The notes under the pieces: model-generated
Seen by the model: only the letters and a program-made list of their open reading frames with translations
The model's database searches: none
Told to the model about the DNA's origin: nothing
Source of the DNA: Verrucomicrobiota bacterium
GTDB taxonomy: Bacteria > Verrucomicrobiota > Verrucomicrobiia > Limisphaerales > AAA164-E04
Assembly: GCA_047947115.1 (NCBI GenBank)
Contig: CP170459.1
Location: forward strand, 4,832,001 to 4,896,000
Direction of reading: 5' to 3'
DNA: 64,000 nucleotides
Position numbers and translations under genes: made by a program
Part shown: positions 32,226 to 40,719 of the stretch, in pieces
Numbering within the stretch: position 1 is the stretch's first letter
Layout of the letters: each line of letters begins with the position of its first letter

Positions 32226-33740
32226 TCATTTCTTGCGGGATAGAAGTTCCTTTTTCTTTTCCCAAGAAACCGAACGATCAAACACGGTTCCGAAGGGTTG
32301 GTAGTTATTGAAGGGAACTGCTTTGTCGCGCCAGTTTTGCAGTTCAATGTCGTAGTGATGACGCATGATGACCAGTCCGGGGTGTTCGGATGGTTGTTGC
32401 AGCAGGTTTCTCATTTCGTAGGGATCGAACTGGATATCGAACAGTTCTTCCTGAGGTTCCATGCCTTCTCCGTAACACCAGTAAATGTATTTGTATTGTT
32501 CAGTCACAACACTCAACGCATAGGTACCGGCCGGACCCCATACCTGGATCAGGGGTAAAGTCTCGCGCACCGCCTTCTTTTCACCTCGAACGATGGGCAT
32601 GAGACTTTGTGCGTCCAGATTGGACCGATCCCCTACTCCGGCCAGATCCATGATGGTGGCGGCGATGTCGATGTTGCCGCTGACGGCTGAAGTGCGCCGC
32701 CCACGTTGAGCTTCGGGCACGCGTGGATCGTAGATCATCAAGGGCACGCGGGAACCTTCTTCATAGGGCAGCACTTTGCTGCCAAGTCCGTGGGAACCGT
32801 TGAAGAATCCGTTGTCGGACGAGTAAATGATCACGGTATTATCGGCGATGCCCTGGGCTTCGAGTTCATCAAGAACCATGCCGACCGCCACGTCGATACC
32901 GTAGATCTGTTGGTTGTAGATTCGCAACGCGGCCTGGTAGGTTTCTTCCGTGTGGTATCCCCATTCTTCGAACCTTGGATACTGCCGCCCCAGTTTATGT
33001 TGGGGGGCGAGGTGTTCTCCTGCTTCGCGTCCGTAATTCGGGAGTTTGCGAAAGGTGGTGTCTCGATAGATCTCATCAAAAGCAGGATCCGGCGTGGTGG
33101 GTCGATGGGGTGCTTTGAAAAACAGTGTCAGGTTGAAGGGTTGATCGGTTTTGACGGATTCACGGATGAAATCCACTCCCGCAGCGCCGTAAGCTCTGGA
33201 ACTGTGAGGATACCGGTCGGCATAGGGTGCGAGGTATTTGTTTTTGGAAGTGTCGTAACTGGTCTGCCCGATGCCGCCCACCCAGAAATCAAAATCATCG
33301 ACCGGCAGGTTGTCGTAAGTATTCTCCCCTCCTCCCTTGCGCGGATCATCCACCACACCGAATCCAAACTTGCCGCCAAAGGCGGTGCGGTATCCGGCGC
33401 GCCGCAGTCGCAGCGGATAGGATTCGTTCCAGATGGAACGCGCCATGGGACCGTGCATGAAATTGCACCCGGTCCGGTACTCGAGCAGTCCGGTCATCAC
33501 ATTGGCGCGGCTGGCCATGCAGATGGCGGTGGTGTTGTAGTGTCGATCAAAGATCAATCCGGAACGTCCGATGCGATCCATGTTGGGCGTTTTGACGTCC
33601 GGATTTCCATAGCAACCTATCGTGTCATAAGCCTGATCGTCCGCAAAAAAGAAGATAATGTTCGGGCGTTCACCCGCGTGGGCCAAGAGCATGGCACCCG
33701 TCAACCAGCAAAGGGATAATTTCAACCATGTGATTTTCAT
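32226..33740 (-). CDS. Sulfatase (CxAxR signature), secreted
   Basis: Signal peptide, PNIIFFFADDQ, ICMASRA, KAPH, SSDNG. Confidence 0.92.
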   Translation of the reverse strand: MKITWLKLSLCWLTGAMLLAHAGERPNIIFFFADDQAYDTIGCYGNPDVKTPNMDRIGRSGLIFDRHYNTTAICMASRANVMTGLLEYRTGCNFMHGPMARSIWNESYPLRLRRAGYRTAFGGKFGFGVVDDPRKGGGENTYDNLPVDDFDFWVGGIGQTSYDTSKNKYLAPYADRYPHSSRAYGAAGVDFIRESVKTDQPFNLTLFFKAPHRPTTPDPAFDEIYRDTTFRKLPNYGREAGEHLAPQHKLGRQYPRFEEWGYHTEETYQAALRIYNQQIYGIDVAVGMVLDELEAQGIADNTVIIYSSDNGFFNGSHGLGSKVLPYEEGSRVPLMIYDPRVPEAQRGRRTSAVSGNIDIAATIMDLAGVGDRSNLDAQSLMPIVRGEKKAVRETLPLIQVWGPAGTYALSVVTEQYKYIYWCYGEGMEPQEELFDIQFDPYEMRNLLQQPSEHPGLVIMRHHYDIELQNWRDKAVPFNNYQPFGTVFDRSVSWEKKKELLSRKK

Positions 33741-33752
33741 GATGTCCTGTTG

Positions 33753-35705
33753 TTAACGGTCCAGGTAGTAAAACCGGCCATCCTCGGCCCCCACCAACAA
33801 TTCACGTACACCGTCCTTGTCCCAATCCACGGTGGTGGGACTGGTGGTGTGTCCGGCGAGTTGTTGTTTGGACAGCGGGCCCATGTTTTCGAAGTGGACT
33901 TTACCATGCTTCATGCCGGTGTTTCGCAGCCAGTCCACATTGGTGGAGTTGACGAGCAGGTCCAGTCGGCCATCATTGTCCCAATCCACCACACACAACT
34001 TGCGTCGCCCGCTGCCGCCATTCGTTCGGTTGTTCAATTGCAGGCTGGATGCATCCTCGCCTTGCTGCTTGTTTTTCGAATCAAAGAAGCCTCCACTGAA
34101 GATGCGTTTGCCGGGCATCACGTAGAGTTGGTTTCCTTCTTTGCGACGTTCGAAAAGCGCCAGGTGCCCTTCGTGATCGAGCATCAGCAGGTCGTTCCAG
34201 CCATCCTCATTCCAGTCCACAACCACGGGGGTGGTCCGCCATTGGGTGACCAGTTCGCCATGGCGCGGGGTCCACCAGGTCCAGGCGGGTTTGGGGGGAT
34301 TGTCCGGCCATTCCACGAGAACCGGCATGGCCTCGGCAAGCTCCGGTTCGGTTTTGCTGCCGATGTTGGGATACCACAGCACCTTGCCCCAAATGGAATT
34401 CACAATGAGGTCATGACGTCCGTCATGATTCCAATCCGCAACGGTCAATGTGGTGTATCCCCATTTGGCTTCGGCGGGGCCCTGAATGGATCCGTTGCGC
34501 CCTGCTTGCAGGTGGATGACGCGGTCGTTTGCTTTCAGTAGTTTGGGAAGTGCCCATTTCGGCGGGGAACCACCGTCCAAATTCTCGATCCAGGCTATGT
34601 TCCCTGATGTGTTGCCACAGATGAGGTCTTCGTCGCCGTCGGAATCCCAGTCAAAACTAACCGGCGTGACCAGGGCTCCGAATTTCAGGTCCTTTGCTTC
34701 CTGTTGGAAATACACCGGATGTTGAAACAAGGGCACGCCGTCCATCATCCCTCCGGTATTTTCAATGAATGCCACGCGACCGTCTTCATCGCCACAGATC
34801 AAATCCACATCCCCGTCCTGATCCCAATCAATGGCACTCGGAGTGATCATTTGAACGTGCATGCGAATTTTGTCCCCTCCATGCTTGAGGTAGGCGCCTT
34901 TGACGAACCGAGGTTCTTTGCGGGTGCCCACATTTTCAAAGAAAGTGAATCCATCCAGAAATTCAGCACAGATGAGGTCCAGATCGCCATCCAGATCAAA
35001 GTCGGCCATGTTGGGCATCGGGTTTCCGTAGACATCCAGATCCGCGCCATCGGCCTGAACACGGAAGGGTTCCTTGTATGCAGGTTCGTCATCGGTGCCG
35101 GTGTTGAGGAGAATGTAAACGTAGCCGTGCAGTTTGCCGCGTTTCCAGTTGCCTTTATCGTCGTAGCCATCGTCCCATCCGAAATCGTTCCAGTCATCGG
35201 TGCCAACCATGAGGTCCTGCAATCCGTCTCCGTTATAGTCGAGGAAACTCCAGACATTGAATCGGTCCTTTCCTTCGTTGCCCATCATTTTTTCGACAGG
35301 GTGCACGATGCGTGTCTCGTTCAGATCCCCCTTCAACAAGCCAACCAGTTCTTCGTTGGCGACCAGGACGCGTGGTTTTCCATTGACGTGGGATACCTGG
35401 AGGTTTTTCACGCCTTTACCGATGCGCACGCCGGGTTTGAACAAGGGTTGTGCGACGTTGCCCACGATGTTCTCGAAGAAGAAAGTACCGTTGTGTGGCA
35501 TGTCCGGACAGGAAACAATCAGGTCAAAATCACCGTCCTGATCATAATCAAGCGGAACAGGCCAGGCCCAGAGTCCAACCCCAAGATCCGCCTTAAGGCC
35601 GGGGTGGTTGTATTGGACGATGTCAAACGCGCGTGCGAGTGGCATCATCAGTCCCAATGCCAGCCACAAGCAAACAATACGTGGAATCAATGGAATTACT
35701 TTCAT
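33753..35705 (-). CDS. FG-GAP/VCBS repeat protein, secreted
   Basis: Repeated DxDxDGDxDL motifs (DYDQDGDFDL, DWDQDGDVDL, DWDSDGDEDL and others), signal peptide. Confidence 0.9.
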   Translation of the reverse strand: MKVIPLIPRIVCLWLALGLMMPLARAFDIVQYNHPGLKADLGVGLWAWPVPLDYDQDGDFDLIVSCPDMPHNGTFFFENIVGNVAQPLFKPGVRIGKGVKNLQVSHVNGKPRVLVANEELVGLLKGDLNETRIVHPVEKMMGNEGKDRFNVWSFLDYNGDGLQDLMVGTDDWNDFGWDDGYDDKGNWKRGKLHGYVYILLNTGTDDEPAYKEPFRVQADGADLDVYGNPMPNMADFDLDGDLDLICAEFLDGFTFFENVGTRKEPRFVKGAYLKHGGDKIRMHVQMITPSAIDWDQDGDVDLICGDEDGRVAFIENTGGMMDGVPLFQHPVYFQQEAKDLKFGALVTPVSFDWDSDGDEDLICGNTSGNIAWIENLDGGSPPKWALPKLLKANDRVIHLQAGRNGSIQGPAEAKWGYTTLTVADWNHDGRHDLIVNSIWGKVLWYPNIGSKTEPELAEAMPVLVEWPDNPPKPAWTWWTPRHGELVTQWRTTPVVVDWNEDGWNDLLMLDHEGHLALFERRKEGNQLYVMPGKRIFSGGFFDSKNKQQGEDASSLQLNNRTNGGSGRRKLCVVDWDNDGRLDLLVNSTNVDWLRNTGMKHGKVHFENMGPLSKQQLAGHTTSPTTVDWDKDGVRELLVGAEDGRFYYLDR

Positions 35706-35737
35706 GGTATGCATGGAATCATGCACTCACCTTACCT

Positions 35738-37134
35738 GGAGGGGCAAGCTCCGTCTTGCGCCCACTTCAGACCTTAGAGTTCTTGAACCACCACAGCGCT
35801 GCAATGGAAATGTCCTTGGTTTTCGGATAGTTCGGGCTTCCCGCGTTCCATGTTTTTGGGTCAGGGAAGTTGTCAGGAGGAAGTTTGGGTTCGAGGTGGC
35901 ACTCGACCCTCCGGTTCTCCGGTTATTTTGCAACGGAGGGGCAAGCGCCGTCTTGCGCCCACTTCAGATCTCAGAGTTCTTGAACCACCACAGCGCTGCA
36001 TTGGAAATGTCGTTGGCTTTCGGATAGTTCGGGCTTCCCGCGTTCCATGTTTTTTGGTCAGGGGAGTTGTCAGGAGGAAGTTTGGGTTCGAGGTGTCACT
36101 CGACCCTCCGGTTCTCCGGTTCTTTTGCAACGGAGGGGCAAGCGCCGTCTTGCGCCCACTTCAGACCTCAGAGCTCTTGAACCACCACAGCGCTGCATTG
36201 GAAATGTCGTTGGCTTTCGGATAGTTCGGGCTTCCCGCGTTCCATGTTTTTTGGTCAGGGGAGTTGTCAGGAGGAAGTTTGGGTTCGAGGTGGCACTCGA
36301 CCCTCCGGTTCTCCGGTTATTTTGCAACGGAGGGGCAAGCTCCGTCTTGCGCCCACTTCAGACCTTAGAGTTCTTGAACCACCACAGCGCTGCAATGGAA
36401 ATGTCCTTGGTTTTCGGATAGTTCGGGCTTCCCGCGTTCCATGTTTTTGGGTCAGGGAAGTTGTCAGGAGGAAGTTTGGGTTCGAGGTGGCACTCGACCC
36501 TCCGGTTCTCCGGTTATTTTGCAACGGAGGGGCAAGCGCCGTCTTGCGCCCACTTCAGACCTCAGAGTTCTTGAACCACCACAGCGCTGCATTGGAAATG
36601 TCGTTGGCTTTCGGATAGTTCGGGCTTCCCGCGTTCCATGTTTTTTGGTCAGGGGAGTTGTCAGGAGGAAGTTTGGGTTCGAGGTGGCACTCGACCCTCC
36701 GGTTCTCCGGTTATTTTGCAACGGAGGGGCAAGCGCCGTCTTGCGCCCACTTCAGATCTCAGAGTTCTTGAACCACCACAGCGCTGCATTGGAAATGTCG
36801 TTGGCTTTCGGATAGTTCGGGCTTCCCGCGTTCCATGTTTTTTGGTCAGGGGAGTTGTCAGGAGGAAGTTTGGGTTCGAGGTGTCACTCGACCCTCCGGT
36901 TCTCCGGTTCTTTTGCAACGGAGGGGCAAGCTCCGTCTTGCGCCCACTTCAGACCTCAGAGTTCTTGAACCACCACAGCGCTGCAATGGAAATGTCCTTG
37001 GTTTTCGGATAGTTCGGGCTTCCCGCGTTCCATGTTTTTTGGTCAGGGGAGTTGTCAGGAGGAAGTTTGGGTTCGAGGTGGCACTCGACCCTCCGGTTCT
37101 CCGGTTATTTTGCAACGGAGGGGCAAGCGCCGTC
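35738..37134. repeat. Tandem array of 7 x 197-bp units plus 18 bp, each unit carrying two inverted GGAG-type REP hairpins (REPIN/BIME-like)
   Basis: ggaggggcaag recurs at 35738, 35935, 36132, 36329, 36526, 36723, 36920 and 37117. Units differ only by substitutions. Confidence 0.95.
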
Positions 37135-37150
37135 CAACTCGCTGTTATTT

Positions 37151-37366
37151 CTCTCAAGAAAACTTTGCGCCTCCGCGCCTTGGCTTCTTTGCGATAAAAA
37201 CGACCAGCCATCGAAAACGTCATGAACACCCAAAGGTTCGTTACAACCTGCATTCAACGTAGACCAACGCATCACTGAAGTAGATTACTGGAGGTGGATC
37301 CGTATCCCTCAACCATTTGTTCTCGCCAAGGCGCAAAGAACGCCAAGGACGCAGAGAATTTGTTTA
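37151..37366. repeat. ~215-bp MITE-like element, copy 2 (inverted relative to copy 1)
   Basis: Hand alignment with the reverse complement of 31875-32089 gives roughly 80-85% identity. Confidence 0.8.
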
Positions 37367-37520
37367 CCTTTGTGCTCTGTTTAGTAAATGGTTTGGTACA
37401 AGAATTTACATACCCGCAAGTTTTATACATCCCGAAGGATCAAGGTTATGCACGCCACTACGATTATCCTTTAATTTCGACAAGTATTGGATGCGTTGGC
37501 GGGCCATCCCGCGATTGCGG

Positions 37521-37628
37521 GTGCGGTTACTTTGTTCATCTGGTCTTCCACACTTTGGCAAGTGCGGCTACTTTGTTCTTCTGGTTTTCCACACTTTTGC
37601 AAGTGCGGCTACTTTGTTCATCTTGTTC
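37521..37628. repeat. 41-bp tandem repeat (~2.6 copies) containing GTAG-type REP hairpins
   Basis: gtgcgg(t/c)tactttgttc at 37521, 37562 and 37603. Minus strand reads GTAG-CCGCACTT-GCCA-AAGTGTGG. Confidence 0.85.
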
Positions 37629-37653
37629 AAAGGTAAAAGCCGGGGCTCCCCGA

Positions 37654-39240
37654 TTATTTCCGGGTCCAGGCCAGCCAGCGTTTGAAAAGTCTGGCCACGA
37701 AGGGGGTAAGTCGGGTGCGGTTATAGAGGTCCCCCACTTTCCGGAAAGCATCGGCCTGGGTGGGGTATGGATGAATGGCATTGGCCACGGAACCCAGCCC
37801 GATCTTTTGGCTCATGGCCAGGGAAATGGCGCCAATCATATCACCAGCATGACTGGACACCACGGTAGCACCAAGGATCGTATCACTACCCTTTTTCACA
37901 TGCACCCGCACAAAACCCTCCGTTTCACCGTCAAGAATCGCTCGATCCACTCCCGACATGGGTTGAGTAAACGTATCGATGTCGATTCCCTGCTGATGCG
38001 CATCTTGAGGTGTCAAACCAATGTGGGCCAATTCAGGTGCCGTGTAGGTGGATCTGGGGATCAGCAATGAACTGTGCTTCATACTGCCTTTGAACAAAGC
38101 ATTGCGCACGACCGCGCGCGCCATGAAATCCGCTGCGTGGGTGAACTGGTGCGGCGAACAGATGTCGCCGGCTGCGAATATGTTTTTGTTGCTCGTTTGA
38201 AAGGTGTCACTGATCGTAACGCCTTGTTCATCGTAGGCCACACCTGCGTTCTCAAGCCCCAATCCTTCCACATTGGGTTTGCGTCCGGCAGCCACCAGGA
38301 GTTGGTCCACTTCCAGATCGTATCCCTGTTCGGGATGTTCATACTTCAGGATGACACTCCCCGATTCGGAAGATCGAACCGTGACATCGTGTGCCCCCCC
38401 GAACAAACGTATGCCATCATTTTCCAAGGATTGCTGTACAATGGCAGCGGCTTCACGGTCTTCGTTGGGCAACAGTCCTCTCTTGGACGTGATCAAGCTG
38501 ACTTCGGAACCGAACCGCGCAAATGCCTGAGCCATTTCCGCTCCGATGGGCCCCGCGCCCAACACGGCCAATCTTCGAGGAAGTTCAGTGAGGGAGAACA
38601 GAGTTTCGTTGGTCAGGTATGGGACTTGATCCAGTCCATCCAGGTCAGGAGTGGCCGCGCGTGCACCCGTGCAGATGACCGCCTTGGCGAAGCTCAGCCT
38701 CTGGCCATCCACTTCAATCGTGGTGTCATCCACGAAAGACGCTTGTCCCAGATAAACATCAATCCCCATGTCGCTGAAACGCTGAACGGAATCATGCGGA
38801 CTGATCCCGCTGCGCAGTTGGCGCATGCGGCGCATGACGGCTGCGAAATCAACCGTCACCGGAAGCACGACATCGTTGGACGGACCGGACGTTTTCTGCT
38901 TTTGCGATGGCTCTCCTATCGAACCGACATGCACCCCGAAGCATCCCGCACTATGCACATCAGCGGCCCTACGTGCAGCACTGAGGAGCGCTTTGGACGG
39001 AACACACCCGACATTCAGACAATCGCCACCCATCAGGGAACGTTCGATCAGAGCCACTTTCCCGCCCAGACCGGCGGCCACAGAAGCTGCGACCAGTCCG
39101 GCGGTCCCGGCGCCGATCACCACCAGATTGTATCTTCCGGACGGAACCGGATTGCGGTAATCCGTCGGATGGACCATGGATTGAAGCACACGATTGTGTT
39201 CGTCCATGGGTTGGAGGGCTTCAAATTCGGGTTGGTTCAT
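37654..39240 (-). CDS. Pyridine nucleotide-disulfide oxidoreductase (mercuric reductase/dihydrolipoamide dehydrogenase-like)
   Basis: GAGTAG, GGDCLNVGCVPSK, GAGPIG, IHPYPT. No C-terminal Cys pair. Confidence 0.9.
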   Translation of the reverse strand: MNQPEFEALQPMDEHNRVLQSMVHPTDYRNPVPSGRYNLVVIGAGTAGLVAASVAAGLGGKVALIERSLMGGDCLNVGCVPSKALLSAARRAADVHSAGCFGVHVGSIGEPSQKQKTSGPSNDVVLPVTVDFAAVMRRMRQLRSGISPHDSVQRFSDMGIDVYLGQASFVDDTTIEVDGQRLSFAKAVICTGARAATPDLDGLDQVPYLTNETLFSLTELPRRLAVLGAGPIGAEMAQAFARFGSEVSLITSKRGLLPNEDREAAAIVQQSLENDGIRLFGGAHDVTVRSSESGSVILKYEHPEQGYDLEVDQLLVAAGRKPNVEGLGLENAGVAYDEQGVTISDTFQTSNKNIFAAGDICSPHQFTHAADFMARAVVRNALFKGSMKHSSLLIPRSTYTAPELAHIGLTPQDAHQQGIDIDTFTQPMSGVDRAILDGETEGFVRVHVKKGSDTILGATVVSSHAGDMIGAISLAMSQKIGLGSVANAIHPYPTQADAFRKVGDLYNRTRLTPFVARLFKRWLAWTRK

Positions 39241-39995
39241 GGTGTGGGTCGATCGGATGTTAACTCTTTTGGTGAACTGAAGCGATTCATCACCTTTTTG
39301 ACCACAAGGGGAAACAAGCCCAGAATGACGAATGCCAGGATCAATTGAGGACTGAGAATGCCTTTGGCTCCTTTTTCAGCTAGCGCCTGCAAACTGGGAA
39401 ACTGCGAGCCAGCGTAAACATATACAGCGGTACCGGGCAGCATCCCCACCTGGCTCACCCACCAGAACGTCCGAACCGGCAATGGAGTCAATCCCATGAC
39501 CAGATTGATCACGAAAAAGGGCACCACGGGAATCAATCTCAAAGTGAACAAATAGAACGCGCCCTCGCGTTTCAAGGCATCGTTGAACCTCGTCAAGCGG
39601 TCTTGAAACTTCGACTGCACCCAGTCACGCAAGAGAAACCGGCTGATCAAAAAAGCGAGAGTCGCTCCGGCAGTCGAAGCGAAACTGACCACCACAAAAG
39701 CCCTTGCAAACCCAAAAAACCACCCCAGCACCAGAGTCATGATGGCCGCGCCAGGAAGTGAGAAACCTGTTGCCAGAGTGTAGCCGACAAATGCTCCCCC
39801 CAAAGCAAGCCCAATGTGAGCATCCCCCCAGGAACGAAGAGCCGCTTCGTGCTGCACCAAATGATTCAATTGAAGTAAATGACCATACCTGACAAACAAC
39901 ACGACACCACCACCCATCAATCCCAAAACCAAAAGGATACGTTTTGCTGCCGTATAATTGTTTGCGCCATGCTTTATGTGCTTATCGTGTGCCAT
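39237..39995 (-). CDS. TVP38/TMEM64 (DedA/VTT) family membrane protein
   Basis: SLPGA, STAGAT, LRLIPVVPFFVIN, GMLPGT. ATGA overlap with the oxidoreductase. Confidence 0.9.
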   Translation of the reverse strand: MAHDKHIKHGANNYTAAKRILLVLGLMGGGVVLFVRYGHLLQLNHLVQHEAALRSWGDAHIGLALGGAFVGYTLATGFSLPGAAIMTLVLGWFFGFARAFVVVSFASTAGATLAFLISRFLLRDWVQSKFQDRLTRFNDALKREGAFYLFTLRLIPVVPFFVINLVMGLTPLPVRTFWWVSQVGMLPGTAVYVYAGSQFPSLQALAEKGAKGILSPQLILAFVILGLFPLVVKKVMNRFSSPKELTSDRPTP

Positions 39996-40093
39996 CCGGA
40001 TTCACTTTTTCCCAGGATGCACGAAATCCCCATTTTGTGCCACAACGGAACGCATGATGCCAAAAACAACCAACGCCACACGATCAATTGCAT

Positions 40094-40349
40094 TCACGGA
40101 ACAAGCACTCGATAGAATCCGCTGGCATGCTGTGGACTTAGCAGATGAGGACTTTCATGGGTAAGATCACTCCAGGGACCTTCGGGTGAGAGGCCCATCA
40201 GGCAACTGAAGCGTGAATCGGATCACTTTCTCCAGTTCAGGATCCTTAATGGACACCTCTTGTCCCCGGCATGAAAGCCAAACAGACCAACTGAACAAAA
40301 CTGACAGGCATAAAACCGAGCGCGGAATGCTAAAACGTGATTGGATCAT
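40094..40349 (-). pseudogene. Internally deleted remnant of a secreted (internalin/LRR-cap-like) protein
   Basis: Signal peptide plus VSIKDPELEKVIRFTLQLPDGPLT, then in another frame EGPWSDLTHESPHLLSPQHASGFYRVLVP-stop. Confidence 0.6.
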
Positions 40350-40719
40350 AACGTGTCTACTGCCTCCTTTCAGGTATCGATGACTTCCACCTTCACCCCT
40401 TCCCCTAAACCCTCATGTGAACTGCGTGCAAGCGCGAAACTAACCCAACAAATCAGGAATTCAAGATTATTAAATTCAGACACTTATTAAGAAACTATTC
40501 CAATTTTTACACTTCACTTTTGCAGGAAGAAACACTGAAAACACAGGAATCCGCAATCGCGCCCGACGACCACCTTTTCAGAAACGATGCACGATATGTC
40601 ACACCATCCTGACCAACATGTAAAAATCCCGCAGCCCGGAGCTGAGACGGTTGTCCAAAAACAACACGAGAAAATCCTTTTCTTCTGAACTCATAACCAC
40701 AAACTGATCGACATCATTT

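Noticed and set aside
35738..37134. CRISPR array
   Set aside because: The units are 197 bp and near-identical throughout, with no unique spacers, and no cas genes are in the window.
35608..37262. Recurrent 85-124 aa ORFs in the tandem array
   Set aside because: They are by-products of a 197-bp period that is not a multiple of 3. No protein motifs are recognisable.
37521..37628. Mini-CRISPR
   Set aside because: The sequence between the repeats is also repeated, so this is a plain 41-bp tandem with REP-like hairpins.
37654..39240. merA mercury resistance gene
   Set aside because: Lacks the C-terminal Cys-Cys pair and any mer operon context.
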